Source: Felis catus (Eukaryota). From it: a stretch of DNA of 64,000 nucleotides. The stretch is taken from NCBI RefSeq assembly GCF_018350175.1, contig NC_058368.1, forward strand, positions 107,200,001 through 107,264,000, written 5' to 3'. Made by a program: the position numbers and the translations under genes. Shown here piece by piece: positions 39,947-53,220 of this stretch (its first letter is position 1; each line of letters opens with the position of its first letter). The notes under the pieces were generated by a model. The model was not told where the DNA came from, made no database searches, and saw only the letters and a list, made by a program, of their open reading frames with translations.

Positions 39947-40394
39947 TTATTATTGGGTTTTTCCCCCCTTTAAGCTGTTATTTCACTTGTGAGGCACCCC
40001 TGATCTGACGTCAATAGATGCCAGAAAGGGCCTTGGTGTGGTTTGGTTGCTCCTGGCTGTGTGGCTCTCCTAATGCTTTCTGGCTTTGCATCAAGTGGAA
40101 CATCTTTCAAAGAGATATAAAAGATGTCAGCATCTTCCAGTGAAGGCTGTACTTATTTTTCTTTGATACATATATGGGCACTATCAGGGAATCTAATCCG
40201 AATCAAGCAGCAACTTTGTTTTCCAAGTATGTATTATCAATATACCACGATGGGCAAAAATGCTGTAGCATGAATAAGTGTAACTGATTTCACATTTTTT
40301 CTCTTGAACCAAATCATCACGGGCTTAATGAAATTGCTAAATTTCAATCTGTGGTAATTATACCAATCATATTAATATTTCCAAAGTAAGCTTC

Positions 40395-40600
40395 TATTTC
40401 ATGCCACACACTGTGCCAGACACTTTCCTACATTATCTCTAATCATTAAAACACCCCTGCAAGCTACGTGTTATATCCCCATGTGAATTCGGAAGGAAAA
40501 AGAAGAGAGAGAAATTAAGAAATTTGCCTAGTCAGGTAAACTGTATATTGTGGGTTGTATCCTAGATCTATCTAACTATAAGCCCATGTTCTTCTCCTAA
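40395..40600 (-). mobile_element. MIR
   Basis: tgtgccagacactttcctacattatctctaatcattaaaacaccc...ttaagaaatttgcctag. Confidence 0.65.
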
Positions 40601-41222
40601 ACCCTGATGTCTCTTTAATTAATAACCACCATCAACTCTCTAAAACATAATTATGTTTTACCCTGAACTATCTGACCACAGCCATTTTCTATACTTTTGT
40701 GAATAACATATTTTATTCTAATGTTACTTATATCACTGTTAAGCAATAAATTAAGAAAATAGACAGTCACAAAATTAACAAGTTCTCAGGTTAGGTAAGT
40801 AAGGGCTTGTTAACACAGCGTTAGCTGCTTAAGGGTTAACCTGTTTCTTGTGATTTTTCTCCACGAAGATGAACTAACAAGGTTTTGTTCTAGTCTAAAG
40901 ATTATCTCAGAGCGTGGGATGCTTTATTATGATTTTACATTATTGGTGCTCTCAATTCTATAAATATATGCTTTAAAATATAGCAGTGAGGTGCAATTCT
41001 AGCACCTTATCAACCAAGAAAGGAAGCATGTACCTAAATTATTACCACCACACTGACAATTTGCAACTTCACATTATTCACAGAGTTTGAAAGAAATATA
41101 TCCCAACTTCATCCTTAATGGAGCACTTAATACAGAAAGTAATGTTTTTAGCTTGTTCCAAGGAAATGTTTCCAGTTCTAACAATGAACACATTCTGAGG
41201 AATGAAAACACCAAAATCCCAC

Positions 41223-41227
<5 letters not shown>

Positions 41228-41261
<34 letters not shown>
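41228..41261 (+). repeat. Poly-A tract
   Basis: Pure A run of >30 nt. Confidence 0.9.
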
Positions 41262-41263
<2 letters not shown>

Positions 41264-42432
41264 AGAAGGAAAGAAAATAATGCCAGTCTCTTTTAAAAAT
41301 TCTGCTCTCAGAGTTTACCAATATTGAAAGATTCTCCCTAACCACCTTTATTTCTCATTGAAGGAAAGGATGTGTGCATTGATGAAACTGAGATTTTTTT
41401 TTCCTTTTTTCAACATCTCTGTCTAGAGAATCCTCAAGCAGAGTTATGGCTACTCTAACTGGCCACTACTGTAGGGAAATGTGCATAGGCACACATTTAT
41501 CTGCTCTGTTCTCTTCTAATGATACACATCTTAACTGGCCAGATATAGAAAGTCAGTCCGGTGTGTCAAGTTCCCTCAAGATTATCAATGCTGATTATGT
41601 GGAAGGTCCGCAGTGCTTATTGTCTTACTCTCTACTATTTAATATGCCTAAAGTATAACACTGACAAAAGATATCATCAGTTTAGCTCAGATCTTCCCTG
41701 GACTGAAAGGCCATGTCATATGGGTTGAATCACTGTCTGACCAACTTGAAACGTGGCATCGCTCTAAAAGGATGGGTTAAACAAGGATTTCTAAGCTCTC
41801 TATTCATGGTGTCCTACCCGTAGCATATAGTTACATGTCCCTGAGGTTTTAGGTGAGCAAAGGAACCGCTTGGCTTTGTCAGGCCTTCTCCTTGTTTACA
41901 GAACACAAATTAATTTATAACACACAAGAGTTTCATTATCTCGTTTATCTTTCCAAGTCACAAAATGGAATGATAACCTTCCCATGCGTGGTGATACATG
42001 TGCTATTTACAAAACTAAGAAAATCTTGAGGTCTCTAGCCTCCTAGAGAGATACAATGATGCAGGTACACAAAGAAGTTTAGAAAAATAAATATTAAAAT
42101 AATTAATTTTGAGTTTTGTCATAAAACCTGTTATAATGGCAAGAACAATGGGCGATCTGCCACATGCTAACTGTGTGCCTGTAGAAAAAGCTGTAGCATC
42201 TGAGGCTCGTTTCTCTTGTAAGTAAAGAGCCAACGATGCCAGGTTTCTCAGAGTGACCATGACTACACAATGAAAGAAAGCACATTATAGTCCTTAAGAA
42301 GTTATACCGTACTATATACATATAAACTGATATTATTAAAAATATTTCATTTGACATACTTTTCCTAAATCTTAACTGAAACAAAATTGGCTTTGGATGC
42401 GGAAAATACCATCACAATGATTTCTTTTACAA

Positions 42433-42554
42433 GATCGGAAGCAGGCTCCACGATGACAGAAGAGAGCCTGACGCAGGGCTCGAACCCAGAAACTGCGAGT
42501 TTATGACCTTAGCCGAAGTCAGACACTTACCCGACTAAGCCAACCAGGCAGTCC
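42433..42554 (-). mobile_element. Partial Can-SINE (tRNA-related half only)
   Basis: gaagcaggctcca...tgaccttagccgaagtcagacacttacccgactaagccaaccaggc; no (CT)n tract. Confidence 0.85.
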
Positions 42555-42762
42555 ATCCTCACAAGGATTTTTAAAAACCAATTAATTTCACAAATTTCTA
42601 CACCAAAAGGATTTTATGAGAAACTAGAAATAGAGGAAATTAATTATCTTAACTATAATATAACTTTTAAAGATGTTTATTCTATTAGGAAATCAGGGTT
42701 TATAAACCAATGGTGTAAATACATATTTTCATTTGAATGACTTACTTGTTTTAATTTCATAC

Positions 42763-42810
<48 letters not shown>

Positions 42811-42990
42811 CTTAAGTTTACTTCCTCTTTCTTTCTTCCCTTCTGTCATTTATTCTTTTTTTCTTCCTTCTCTCCTTCCTCCCTCCTTCTTTCTTCCTTT
42901 TTTCTGTCTTCCTTTGTTATTTCTTTTCCCTTCCCTCCTCCTTCTTTTCCTTTCCTTTCTCTCCCATCACCTCTCATTTTGCTTTCTTGA
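42763..42990. repeat. (TG)n(TA)n microsatellite followed by CT-rich low-complexity tract
   Basis: Direct reading. Confidence 0.9.
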
Positions 42991-44305
42991 CATCAGGCCC
43001 AAATGCCATTAGGGCAGAATGACTTGTGCTTGCCCACGACCAGGAGGTTACATACCTGAGCAATCTTCCCCTGGTCGTCTTGCTTTTATAGTTGTGACAG
43101 GACTTTCCCAGTTAATGCATCTCTGATTTCCCAATTCTTCTGAACCCTCTCTCCCAGAATTCCATGCCACGTAACTGTTTTGAAACCTATATTCTTAAAT
43201 CTGCGTGTACCTGAAATTCTGCTCTACTCTTCCCTCCCTAGCTCTCGCAATCCCTGGGATTCTAACAATCACTTTTTCTTCGGCTTGTCGTTATTTCACT
43301 AACTCATTTCTCCTCAGCAGCCAGCGTTAGGGTTACAAGAGCCCATCTTCCAGTCACATCTCCTCCTTGGGACACTAAGACTCCTCCTAGTCTTTGAGAG
43401 AGACTGACAGAAGATGACCCAATTATTGACATTCACTCCAGCGCACTTCCTGACCCCCACCCCCTTGGTTCACGACATCAGGAGTGCCTGTGCTTTCCTC
43501 CAATCCACCCAGGCAATTGGAACTTATCCCTGTGATGACTGTAATTCTCTCCCCTTTCTCTGTGTTCACATGCATGTTTCCCAATCCCTTTATTCCTTCA
43601 TGTCCACAAACATTCACACAAGTATTTGTTTTCTTTTAAGAGGTACTTCTCTGAACGATTTCTAGCAGAGGTTGTTTCTAAGAAGTAACGCGTCATCTTG
43701 TATTCTGTTTCCTGCTGTCCCTATGGCGGTCTCCCAGACATGTTCTCTTGTCGTGATTCTCCATACTCTGTAATTCCTCACTGCTCCCTGCAGGTTTTTC
43801 AGAGCTTATTCTTCACCCTTCATCCTTTTTCATCTCCACACATCTCGCTAAGTGATACCATTTCCTCTCACTGCTTGTAAAGCCCACTGCCTGCTCATCA
43901 CCTACTCAAACATCCTAAGGCAGGGCCACCCACAGTTAAGATTATGCTCCGGAATATTCCCCCAAATTCATTTCCTCACTGTCTTCTCCACCTTAGGAAA
44001 TCATTGAATGGGTCAAGCTGAAAACTCCAGAATGTTCTTGGATTCCTCCCTTTCTCTCACTAGCATCCCTAACATATCCTCATTTGGTGCTCTTTTCTAT
44101 GTCTCCACACCACTATTGCCCACACCACAGTGGGCTTTACTAGGGACATGAGCGAAAGCCTTGTACCTAAGCTCAGCTGTCTCCACTCAACTCCCCACAC
44201 AGCAACCAAAAAGCACCTCTACAGTTATAAATCAGATCATGGTATTTGCCTATTTAAAACCCAGGAATGTTTATATTGCTACTTAAAATAAAAAACAAGT
44301 ATCTT

Positions 44306-44494
44306 GGCGCCTGTGTGGCTCAGTCAGTGAAGTGCCCGACTTCGGCTCAAGTCTTGATCTCACAGTCTGTGAGTTCAAGCCCCATCTTGGGCTGTTTGCT
44401 GTCAGTGCAGAGCCCACTTTGGATCCTCTGTCTTCCTCTCTCTCTTCCCCTCCTCTGCTCTCTCTCTCTCAAAAATAAATAAACATTAAAAAAC
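44306..44494 (+). mobile_element. Can-SINE
   Basis: TSD aacaagt(a/c)tctt. Confidence 0.93.
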
Positions 44495-44519
44495 AACAAG
44501 TCTCTTTTTGAAGCCCAAG

Positions 44520-44710
44520 ATAATAATGAATATTTAAATGTATCTTTTTACTTAACTACAAACACCCCATGAGGGAAGAACCATTAATAACCTAATTGAA
44601 TAGAGAAGGAACTGAGGCACAGAGCAGACCGGAAACTGTCCAACATCACTAATAATAATGGGTGAATCCATGATGAAAACCTAGGCAGCTGCCTCCAGAG
44701 TCTCTGTCAT
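44520..44710 (-). mobile_element. MIR
   Basis: caaacaccccatgagg...agaaggaactgaggcacagag...cctaggcag. Confidence 0.7.
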
Positions 44711-44931
44711 GAGTGCAGGTTTGCTGCTCAAAAGCACTGCACAGGTGCCCGTTGTTCACCCATTCAGCCTGACTGTATCCACTAGACCATAAGCTCCACA
44801 AGGAGGAAGATGTTAATCAACTTGATTAATTGCTATGTTCCCATATGTGGAACAATGTGTGTACTGGCAGGCAAGCTCTACCCGCCCATGAACTTTGTCC
44901 ATGCTGGTCCCTCTACCTGCACACAATTCTT

Positions 44932-45147
44932 TTTTTTTTAATTTCTTTGATGTTTATTCATTTTTGAGAGAGAGACACACACACACAGAGCATGAGGGGG
45001 AAGGGGCAGAGAGAGAGGGAGACACAGAGTCTGAAGCAGGCTCCAGGTTCAGCACAGAGCCTGATGCGGGGCTCAAACCTATAGACTGCAAGATCATGAC
45101 CTGAGCCAAAGTCGGACGCTTAATCGACTGAGCCACCCAGGCACCCC
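44932..45147 (-). mobile_element. Can-SINE with small internal deletion
   Basis: TSD ctg(c/g)acacaattctt. Confidence 0.95.
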
Positions 45148-45364
45148 TCTGGACACAATTCTTAACCATACCATATAGAAACTTCCTCCTTGTATGTAAG
45201 ATGCTATCTAAACTAATTCCTATTCTCAAATCCCGCAAAAAGGCCCCCAGTGACCACCCTACGTATACTAAGTTGTATCTGACCATTCTTACCTTATAAT
45301 TCAACTAATTTCCTTCATTCTGTGTATCCAAATTTAAACTTATTAACCAATTTATTATTTTCCT

Positions 45365-45617
45365 TTTTTTATATATTTTTTATTTTTTTATTTATTTTTT
45401 AATGTTTATTTATTTTTGGCAGAGAGAGAGAGAGAGAGAGGGAGACAGAGCATGAGTGGGGGAGGGGCAGAGAGAGAGGGAGACACAGAATCCAAAGCAG
45501 GCTCCAGGCTCTGAGCCGTCAGCACAGAGCCCAACGCGGGGCTCAAACTCACAAACCGTGAGATCATGACCTGAGCCGAAGTCAGACGCTTAACTGCCTG
45601 AGCCACCCAGGCGCCCC
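45365..45617 (-). mobile_element. Can-SINE
   Basis: Complete reverse body ending gagccacccaggcgcccc. Confidence 0.96.
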
Positions 45618-46557
45618 CTATTCTTTTCCTTTTTCACTTACCTGGTAGAATGTCAACTCCACAAGAGCATAGACATTTTTACTGTTGTAAATCTAGTGTC
45701 CCCCATAGCAGACATTTAAGAAATATTTGGTGAATGAACCTACTTTCCATTTTCAACTTTCAGCTCTCTTTACCCTCAGAGATCTCAAACAAGCATAGTT
45801 ATTCCTGATACCTTCATAAATGCCAAAGATGTTAAGTCATTTATTATGAGGCCCAGGAATTCACCTAGGAACTAGAGATACCACAATGAGAAGTTTAAAC
45901 ATGGTCTTGAACTTCAGAGAGCTCACAGTCCACAAAGGAGAAACATTAAAAATAACGTCCCACCAAATAATTATAATATAAGATGATAAGTTATTACAGA
46001 ATAACCCATGTTGTTGGTATCTTAAGCCACAGTGCCAAAATCCAAGTTGATATATGACCTTTTCTGACAGACCTGCAATGTATATACATAATATATGTAG
46101 TGTAATATCCTAGGTAGATACTTCAGAAAGGGAGCCATGTTGGATCTGAACTATAGTCTGCCCTAAATCTTTCAACAAGAAGATGCTCTCTGCTTTGATT
46201 TTGACCTTCCTCAGAGGACATATAGCAATTTGCTTTGCACATGATATTGCTTGGTGATTCCTGCTGATGTGAGTTGTTTTTCAAGCTCTGGCTTCTGCCT
46301 CAGCAGAAATGACTCCACAATGAGTAGACCTTTCTAGAAGGCATGCTTTCTCTCATGTCTGTTGTTCCCCTGCCTTGTTCTTTTTCTCTACTCTTTCTTG
46401 TAACACTGTATCTAATTCTACTCTATTCATACATTTATTTGTCCCTAACTCCCCAGAGATCCAATTTCACCCTCTGTCTACAGCATCTCATGCCCCCACT
46501 GTAATGAACTTAGCTTTACCCTTTTTTGTTGAATTCCTCAATAATCTGTCTTAAAAA

Positions 46558-46720
46558 TGGAGGGGAGGTGGGGGGAGGGATGAGCTAAATGGGTGATGGG
46601 CATTGAGGAGGACACTTATTGGGATGAGCACTGGGTGTTATATGGAAGTGGTGAATCACTGGGTTCTACTCCTGAGATCAGTACTACACTGTCTGTTAAC
46701 TAATTTGAGTTTAAATACTT
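46558..46720 (+). mobile_element. Carnivore L1 3' end fragment
   Basis: gggtgatgggcattgaggagg...gatgagcactgggtgttatatgg...gaatcactgggttctactcctga. Confidence 0.85.
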
Positions 46721-47076
46721 TTTTTACAAAACTGAGCACCAAATCTATATTGAGAGATGGCTGCAGCTATGAGCCACATAAGATCCTTCCCAGCAACTAT
46801 TACCATGTCCTGTCTACCTCAAATGCTTCCATCAAATGCTTCCACATGGGTGTGTGTGTGTGCATGTGTTTATGAAGATACATATGTATCTCCTCACAGA
46901 TATATCAAAATCGCCAACATAGTAAATAAGATGCACAGTGGACTTCTGTCCACAATGAGAAATTAAACATGAAGGAGAATAATAATTATTATTATAGTAA
47001 CTAAGGCATTGTTCTAGTTATTTATACTGAAGAGAATGAGTAGGAAATTAAATCAAAATACAACAAAACAAATAGT

Positions 47077-47265
47077 GGGGGGCCTGGGTGGCTCAGTCGG
47101 TTAAGCATCCAACTTCTGCTCAGGTCATGATCTCATAGTTTGTGAGTTCGAGCCCTGCTTCAGGCCCTGCTTCAGATTTTCTGTCTCCTTCTCTCTCTCT
47201 GCCCCTTGCCCACGCACACGGTCTCTCTCTCTCAAAAATAAATAAACATAATTAGACATTAAATA
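47077..47265 (+). mobile_element. Can-SINE with internal deletion
   Basis: Head and tail present; central gtgctgacagctcagagcctgg segment missing. Confidence 0.92.
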
Positions 47266-47572
47266 ACAATAAAAATTAAAAACAAACAAAAACCTTGTTA
47301 GTCAAAGTTTTCATCATTCTGACATAATGGAGCAGCGTAGGTTCATAAATATCACCAAAGGGCTTTTAAAATAGTGTTTATAGCTACTGATAGTTTCTTT
47401 AGAAATAGAATAAATAACTTGATGAGGGAACAATAATATTGTCAAACTGCTTAAAAGACTGGGACCTCCTCCTTCCCCACCTGCGAAGTAAATTAAATAT
47501 TTAATATGTACATTCTTAGAGAAAATGAATAGGCTTAAGGTAGCAAGAGTTGAGTTGGTTCATACAAATAGC

Positions 47573-47814
47573 CAATGCTTCTAAACTGGAGGCAATTTTA
47601 CCTCCCACCCCAGGAGACATTTTCCAGTAAGACATTTACAATTGTTACAATGGGGGAGGTGCATCTGGTCAGTAGAAACCAGAATGCTGCCAAGCATCCT
47701 ATAGTGCAGGGTGCCCTCCTTTGCATGTGCGTGCGTGCGTGAGCACACACACACACACACATAAAATCATTTTCTAGCCCACAAAGCCAATATTACCAAG
47801 TTTGGAAAACCCTG
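47573..47814 (+). mobile_element. MER20 hAT-Charlie MITE
   Basis: ccaggagacatt...gcatctggtcagtagaaaccagaatgctgccaagcatcctatagtgcag...gaaaaccctg. Confidence 0.8.
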
Positions 47815-48559
47815 AGATAGCCTAATACAGGCCACAAAATCAGACTTCTATAGTCTTTCCCCAAAAACATCATAAACATTATAGTTAATATTTCCTAAGC
47901 CCCTTTACTAGGTATAATTCATTCAGAAGATCTTTATTAGAAATTACTCTGGGAGTATAAACTGTGCCCCTTATTGACTCTTTCAATAATATAGGACATG
48001 TTGGAGAGAGGTGCTATTAGCACTGAGTCCTGGGATTTTTACTTAAAACGTTTTATAGTCATTTGCCAATTTACCAAAAGTTCCTCTTAGTAGATATAAG
48101 AAGGACTTGTAGTCTCAGCACTATGACAAGGGCGAGAGTCAGAAAGTTTTAATAATTTTACTTCCATTAAACTCTCAATCGTCTGTGAGATAATTGTGCA
48201 GACTTGAATAATTTTTCTCCTCTCAGTCAGTCTTGGAATTGACCCCTTGCTGTGCATAGACATGCGTGATTGTTGGGTGGCCTAGGGTGTCACCTGGGAC
48301 ACCTAATTTATACTTTCGGCTGTCGGAAATGTGGAATTAATGGAATATTATGATTTTCACTACATTTCAAAAGAGTGGGTTTTTGGAAGAGGTTAAACAT
48401 AAAGATAAGTTTCTAATGTAAGAAGACAGTCAAAATATCTCTGATAATGGGCTACCAACCTAAGGGAGAGAAGCAGTGGACAAAGCTGGTTTTGGTTTGC
48501 TCCAAAATCTACACTCCCTTTATTCTGATTGCCTGCTTTCCACCTGATGGAAAGCTCTC

Positions 48560-48735
48560 CACCATAAAGGTAGTCACCAGCTGTCACCATAAACATTATT
48601 GACCAAAATACTATTGAGCCCAAATCACCATAAACATTATTAAAATACTATTGACTTTATTCCCTATGCTGTACTTTTTGTCTCCATGATTTAATTTATT
48701 TTATAACTGGAAGTTTGTGCATCTTAATCCCATTA
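48560..48735 (-). mobile_element. L1 3' end fragment with internal tandem duplication
   Basis: tattgactttattccctatgctgtac...ttattttataactggaagtttgtg. Confidence 0.75.
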
Positions 48736-48739
48736 ATCT

Positions 48740-48900
48740 TTTAAACAACTCAGTGAGATATGTTCCCTTGTTTCTGAAGAGGACAATGGGGCTTAGAGAA
48801 GCTATATTGCTTTCCTGGGGTCACAGAGCTTATAAGGGGATGATTTGGATTTAAGTCCAGGTTTGTCTGGTTGCATGTGCAGTCTCTGGTCCTAATCTCC
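48740..48900 (-). mobile_element. MIR
   Basis: gaggacaatggggcttagagaag...ggtcacagagct...ggatttaagtccaggtttgtctg. Confidence 0.7.
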
Positions 48901-49271
48901 AAGTTATTGCTATACTAGCATGCATGGTGATTTATTTTAACATTTGAACAATTTAATTCGTTTTGTTTTTTGCTTCCATTGGTAAATTCATAAGTTTTAT
49001 GATAATTTTAGAAGGGGAACCTTAGAAATTGAAATATATAATGTAAAATTTTGGTAAGGCACACAAAGATTTAGGATTATTGCTCTGACATTGGCAGGTA
49101 ACAGTCAAGAACATATAGCATTGTTCTGAATCCTGTTGATATTCACCAATTGTAAACTACAATTATGAGGTTATGTAACATTCTACTTACATATGTTAAA
49201 GACATTACCTTTCTTGAAGAGGGCCTTCATCTGCTGAGGAGAAACTTAGCTGAGTTTAGAAGGTTGTTCCT

Positions 49272-49494
49272 GGGGTGCCTGGATGGCTGAATCAGTTGAG
49301 TGGCTGACTCTTGATTTTGTCTCAGGTCATGATCCTAGGGTTATTCGATAGAGCCCTGCGCTGGGCTCCACACTGAGCATGGAGCCCCCTTGGGATTCTC
49401 TCTCTCTCTCTCTCTCTCTCTCCCTCTCCCTCTGACCCCTCCCTCTGTTTGTGCTCTCTCTCTCTCTTTCTAAAATTAAATTAAAAATTTTTAA
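49272..49494 (+). mobile_element. Can-SINE (older subfamily)
   Basis: gactcttgattttgtctcaggtcatgatc...ctccacactgagcatggagcc; flanking tgttcct repeats. Confidence 0.92.
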
Positions 49495-49887
49495 TGCTGT
49501 TCCTAAAAATCATTATATCATCTTAAAATCACAAATTACTATTAAAACCACTATAATGATTTATTTAAGATCTCTGATTTAAGGTTTTAGCTAAAAGAAC
49601 AAACAAACAGTAATTCCAATTTTGCTTGCAACATTTACCTACCCACAAAATACCACATACATCATTGTTTTAATGGTAAGGATAACTTTAGCACAGACTT
49701 TCCTTAAAACAGTGTGGATGATTAAATTGCAGTCATCTCTGGTTTTATTTACTTAAGGGTCCGTTCACATTTTGTGGAGTTTTTCCTTTGAGTATTATGT
49801 GACATAAAATTCACATATGTGACTAAAAATTCACAAACTACCAAAGGTAAATAATGAAAAGTATGTTTCTCTGTAACACCAGACTCC

Positions 49888-50105
49888 TTTTTAAAAATTT
49901 TTAAAAATATTTTTATTTATTTTTGAGAGAGAGACAGAGCATGAGCAGGGGTGGGGCAGAGAGAGAGGGAGACACAGAATCTGAAGCAGGCTCCAGGCTC
50001 CGAGCTGTCAGCACAGAGCCCGATACGGGACTCGAACTCACAGACTGTGAGATCATTACCTGAGCTGAAGTTGGACCCTCAACCGACTGAGGCATCCAGG
50101 CACCC
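49888..50105 (-). mobile_element. Can-SINE
   Basis: Perfect TSD ctgtaacaccagactc (49871-49886, 50106-50121). Confidence 0.96.
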
Positions 50106-50964
50106 CTGTAACACCAGACTCTTAAAGCCCATTCTCCAGAGTCAATCTTAACTTTCCAAAAAAAATTATTTGCATATAGAGATAAATAGGCATAGATATA
50201 GATACACACATTCACATTTGTATACAGACCCATACACATACTTGTGTGTGTGGTCTCTTCTTTCTGGCTGTAAAGGTGAAGATATTATATGAAAGTGTTA
50301 TATAAATAGTTTTGTTTACGTTCACTCCATAGTATTTCTTAAAACTTAAATTTCTCTTAAAACCTACTCCACACTAACAAATACAAATTTACATTATTCC
50401 TTTTAAGGACTACAAAATGAATTGGTTTAGAGATGTTGATGTTTGTCTTTGGAAAATCAGGGTATGAAGCATTTTAACTGTCTGAAGTAAACGTTTGATT
50501 CTTTTTTTCATAGATTTTCATTTGTTCAGCATTGGAGCTCATGACAGTCATATCCTTTCGTGACTTTTTATGCTTTCAGATTCAATTATGTTTGTTGTTT
50601 GTTACCATCGTTTTTCTCCACCTCGTTGTATCACAATGAATTGGTTTCCCTTCATGTCAAAACTGTCACTGAAAAACTGTTCAGAAAGCTCTCAGGCTTT
50701 TCAGCTAGTACTGAACTCATTACTCATTTCTCTGGAAATAAGGTAGCACTTCTCAAGAGGGACCGTGTCTTGATCATATATCTCTTCATAAAGGCAAAAG
50801 AGATAGAAAATTATCTTGCTACCCTCATTAATCTTTGACTTAGAGGAAATTTTTAAAAATTCAATTGTTTGTATAAACAATTGCTTATATAATTGTTTAT
50901 ATAATTGTGTATATAATTGTTTAGAGACTATCTAAGACCAATATAGCAAAATTAAGACCGTTAA

Positions 50965-52700
50965 GTATTTTTTGTTCTTCCAAACACTTATTGAAGGTTT
51001 TCCATTTCCTAGGTATTATGCCATGTGTTCAGGATTCGCTAAGAAAATTTCCAGACCCTTGCGTTTAGTAAAAGTTAATGAAGGAGATAAACAAGTGGGT
51101 AAAAATAATCGGCCTTGGTATTATATAAACAGGGTTTGCATTGGTACTGTGAGAATCAGAAGACTATCTCATGTAGCCATGTAGGGGTCAGTGGAAGGCT
51201 TCACTGAGAAAGCAATGCTTGATTTGAATCTTAATGATTGAGGAGATTAAGCCACAGAGAGAAGGATTGGGGAGGGGTGGTGCAAGAGGTAGAGAAGTGG
51301 GTAAGGGTCCAGGCACAAGGAATAAACTCAATCCAAGGCAAGAAGCAGCATAATATATTTGGGAGAACATAAGTAGTTTTGTGTAACTGGAATACATTGC
51401 GTGTGCAATGGCTACAGAGAAATCCCAGGACGGTCATGGAGCCTCCTGCCAAGGAGCTTTGAGCAACTGAAAACTGGAGGCAGGGAGCAGTACCAATGGA
51501 TTTTAACTCTGGCAGCTGTGTGGCAGATGGAGTGGAGAAAGAGGAGACTGGGCCATTTCAGAAGCTACTGAAATAGTCCAGGCAAGAGCTGATGAGACAC
51601 AGACCTAAGTACTGGCAGGAATGATGGAAAAAAAAATAGTTTGAGATTTATCTAGAAATTAAACAGACAGGGCTTAATTCACTCCTGAGTCATTCACCAA
51701 GAAAGTACTCAAGACCTACCGACTGGTAAGCTCTGCCTCAAATCCTGAGGATCCATGGAGCGTATGAAGAAAACAGACAAAATGGGAGCAATGATATTCT
51801 CCACCCTGCGTTGGGAGTTTATACTTGGTGCAATGAGGACCAAGGGAGAGAGTAATCACTTCTATCTGTGAACTGCTAGTCTCAGGCTAGAGCCGTGCAT
51901 GTGAATGGCATGGAAAAGAGTCAGTGAACAGATCCCAGAGGCCTCACATGCCTCATAAGAGTTTGGAGTTTGTCCACTAAGCAAGGAAAGCAGTTGGCAG
52001 GTTTTATTTTGTTTTTTGGGTTTTGGGGGGGATTTTTTGTTTGTTTTGGTTTTGATTGTTTTTTTTTTTTTTTTTTTGCCTGTTTTTGTTTTGCTTTAAT
52101 GTTTATTTTTGAGAGAGGGGGGCAGAGACAGAGAGAAAGGGAGACAGAGGACCTGAACGAAGCAGGCTCCACGCTGACAGCAGAGAGCCTGATGCCGGGC
52201 TTGATCTCATGAACTGTGAGATCATGACCTGAGCTGAAGTCGGATGCTTAACCGAATGAGCCATCCGGGGGGCCCAGCAGTTGGCAGGTTTTAAGCCAGA
52301 TATGCCTTTTTTGAAAGTTTACCATGAAAATCATATGAAAAACAGCTTGGAGGTGGGACAAGAACTCAGGAGGGGCAACAGTAAAAAGGCCAGTTGAATA
52401 ATTTAGGGGAGGTAACAATGCTAAACTCATAGTCAGAAGACAGGGAGGACACAAATAAGGCTGGTATTATGAGTTAGAATCAGTAATACTCAGTTATAAA
52501 TTAGATGGGTGAGTGGAACAACAAAGTTAAGGATGACTCCTAAATTCTGGAATGGCCAACAGGGCCAATAAGTACAGGACCATCACCAGATGGGTTGCAT
52601 TAGTGGGAAAGATGATATGTTAGGTTTGTGTTCTGTTGGGTTTTGGGAACCTGTGGAAATATCAAGGAGAGAAGTCCAGTTGGTGGCTGAATCTATGAAG
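50965..52700 (-). mobile_element. Two adjacent L2 fragments, one split by a SINE
   Basis: caaacacttattga; ggaaggcttcactgagaaag; gaagctactgaaatagtccaggcaagag; aaggatgactcctaaattctgg. Confidence 0.65.
52007..52275 (-). mobile_element. Can-SINE with long compound tail
   Basis: Perfect 18-bp TSD agcagttggcaggtttta (51989-52006, 52276-52293). Confidence 0.95.
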
Positions 52701-52849
52701 ATAAATCAGAATGTGCAGGAAGAGAGTGCTAATGGAGCCCCAAAGAAGTTGATGAACAGACTTCTGAAAAACCCTTTGAGTGATGGGTAAGGCTATGTGA
52801 CCTCCCCTTGTGACCCCTCCATGGCTTCAGTCTTATAGAACTTGTTGAG

Positions 52850-53220
52850 CTTTTCTAATACTCCAAAACTTCATTCCCCTTTAAGGCCATTAAACTAGAA
52901 CTTTTTTTTTTCTACAGAAAATGGTCTGCTTGATGGCTTCTTCCTCAGAGAAGACATCTCTGAGCACCCTGTATTAGACTCTCCCCATTCACATCCCTGT
53001 CGTGTCTACTACATTACCCTTCTTTTACTTTCTTCGTAGCACATAGCACAAGGATTCTGATTGATCGCATGTTTGGTGTTGCATATCTGTCCTAAATCCC
53101 TCCATCTTGAAGCACATTGAAATAAGATTTTACCTATCATTTTTGCCACTGTACTTCCAGCCCCAGATTTGTGCCCAAGATGTATTAAGTGCTTGAGAAA
53201 TATATGAACTATGAAAGAAT
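52850..53220 (+). mobile_element. L2 3' fragment
   Basis: ttcctcagagaagacatctctgagcacc...tttcttcgtagcacatagcac...aagtgcttgagaaatat. Confidence 0.6.

Larger units (their letters stand above)
43100..45740 (+). mobile_element. Fragmented L2 interrupted by 3 SINEs and a MIR
   Basis: C/T-rich L2-like body, ataaatcagatcat, tagaatgtcaactccacaagagc, terminal aaatatttggtgaatgaa. Confidence 0.6.

Noticed and set aside
41228..41261. Long poly-A as a processed-pseudogene tail
   Set aside because: No TSD, upstream AATAAA or coding remnant
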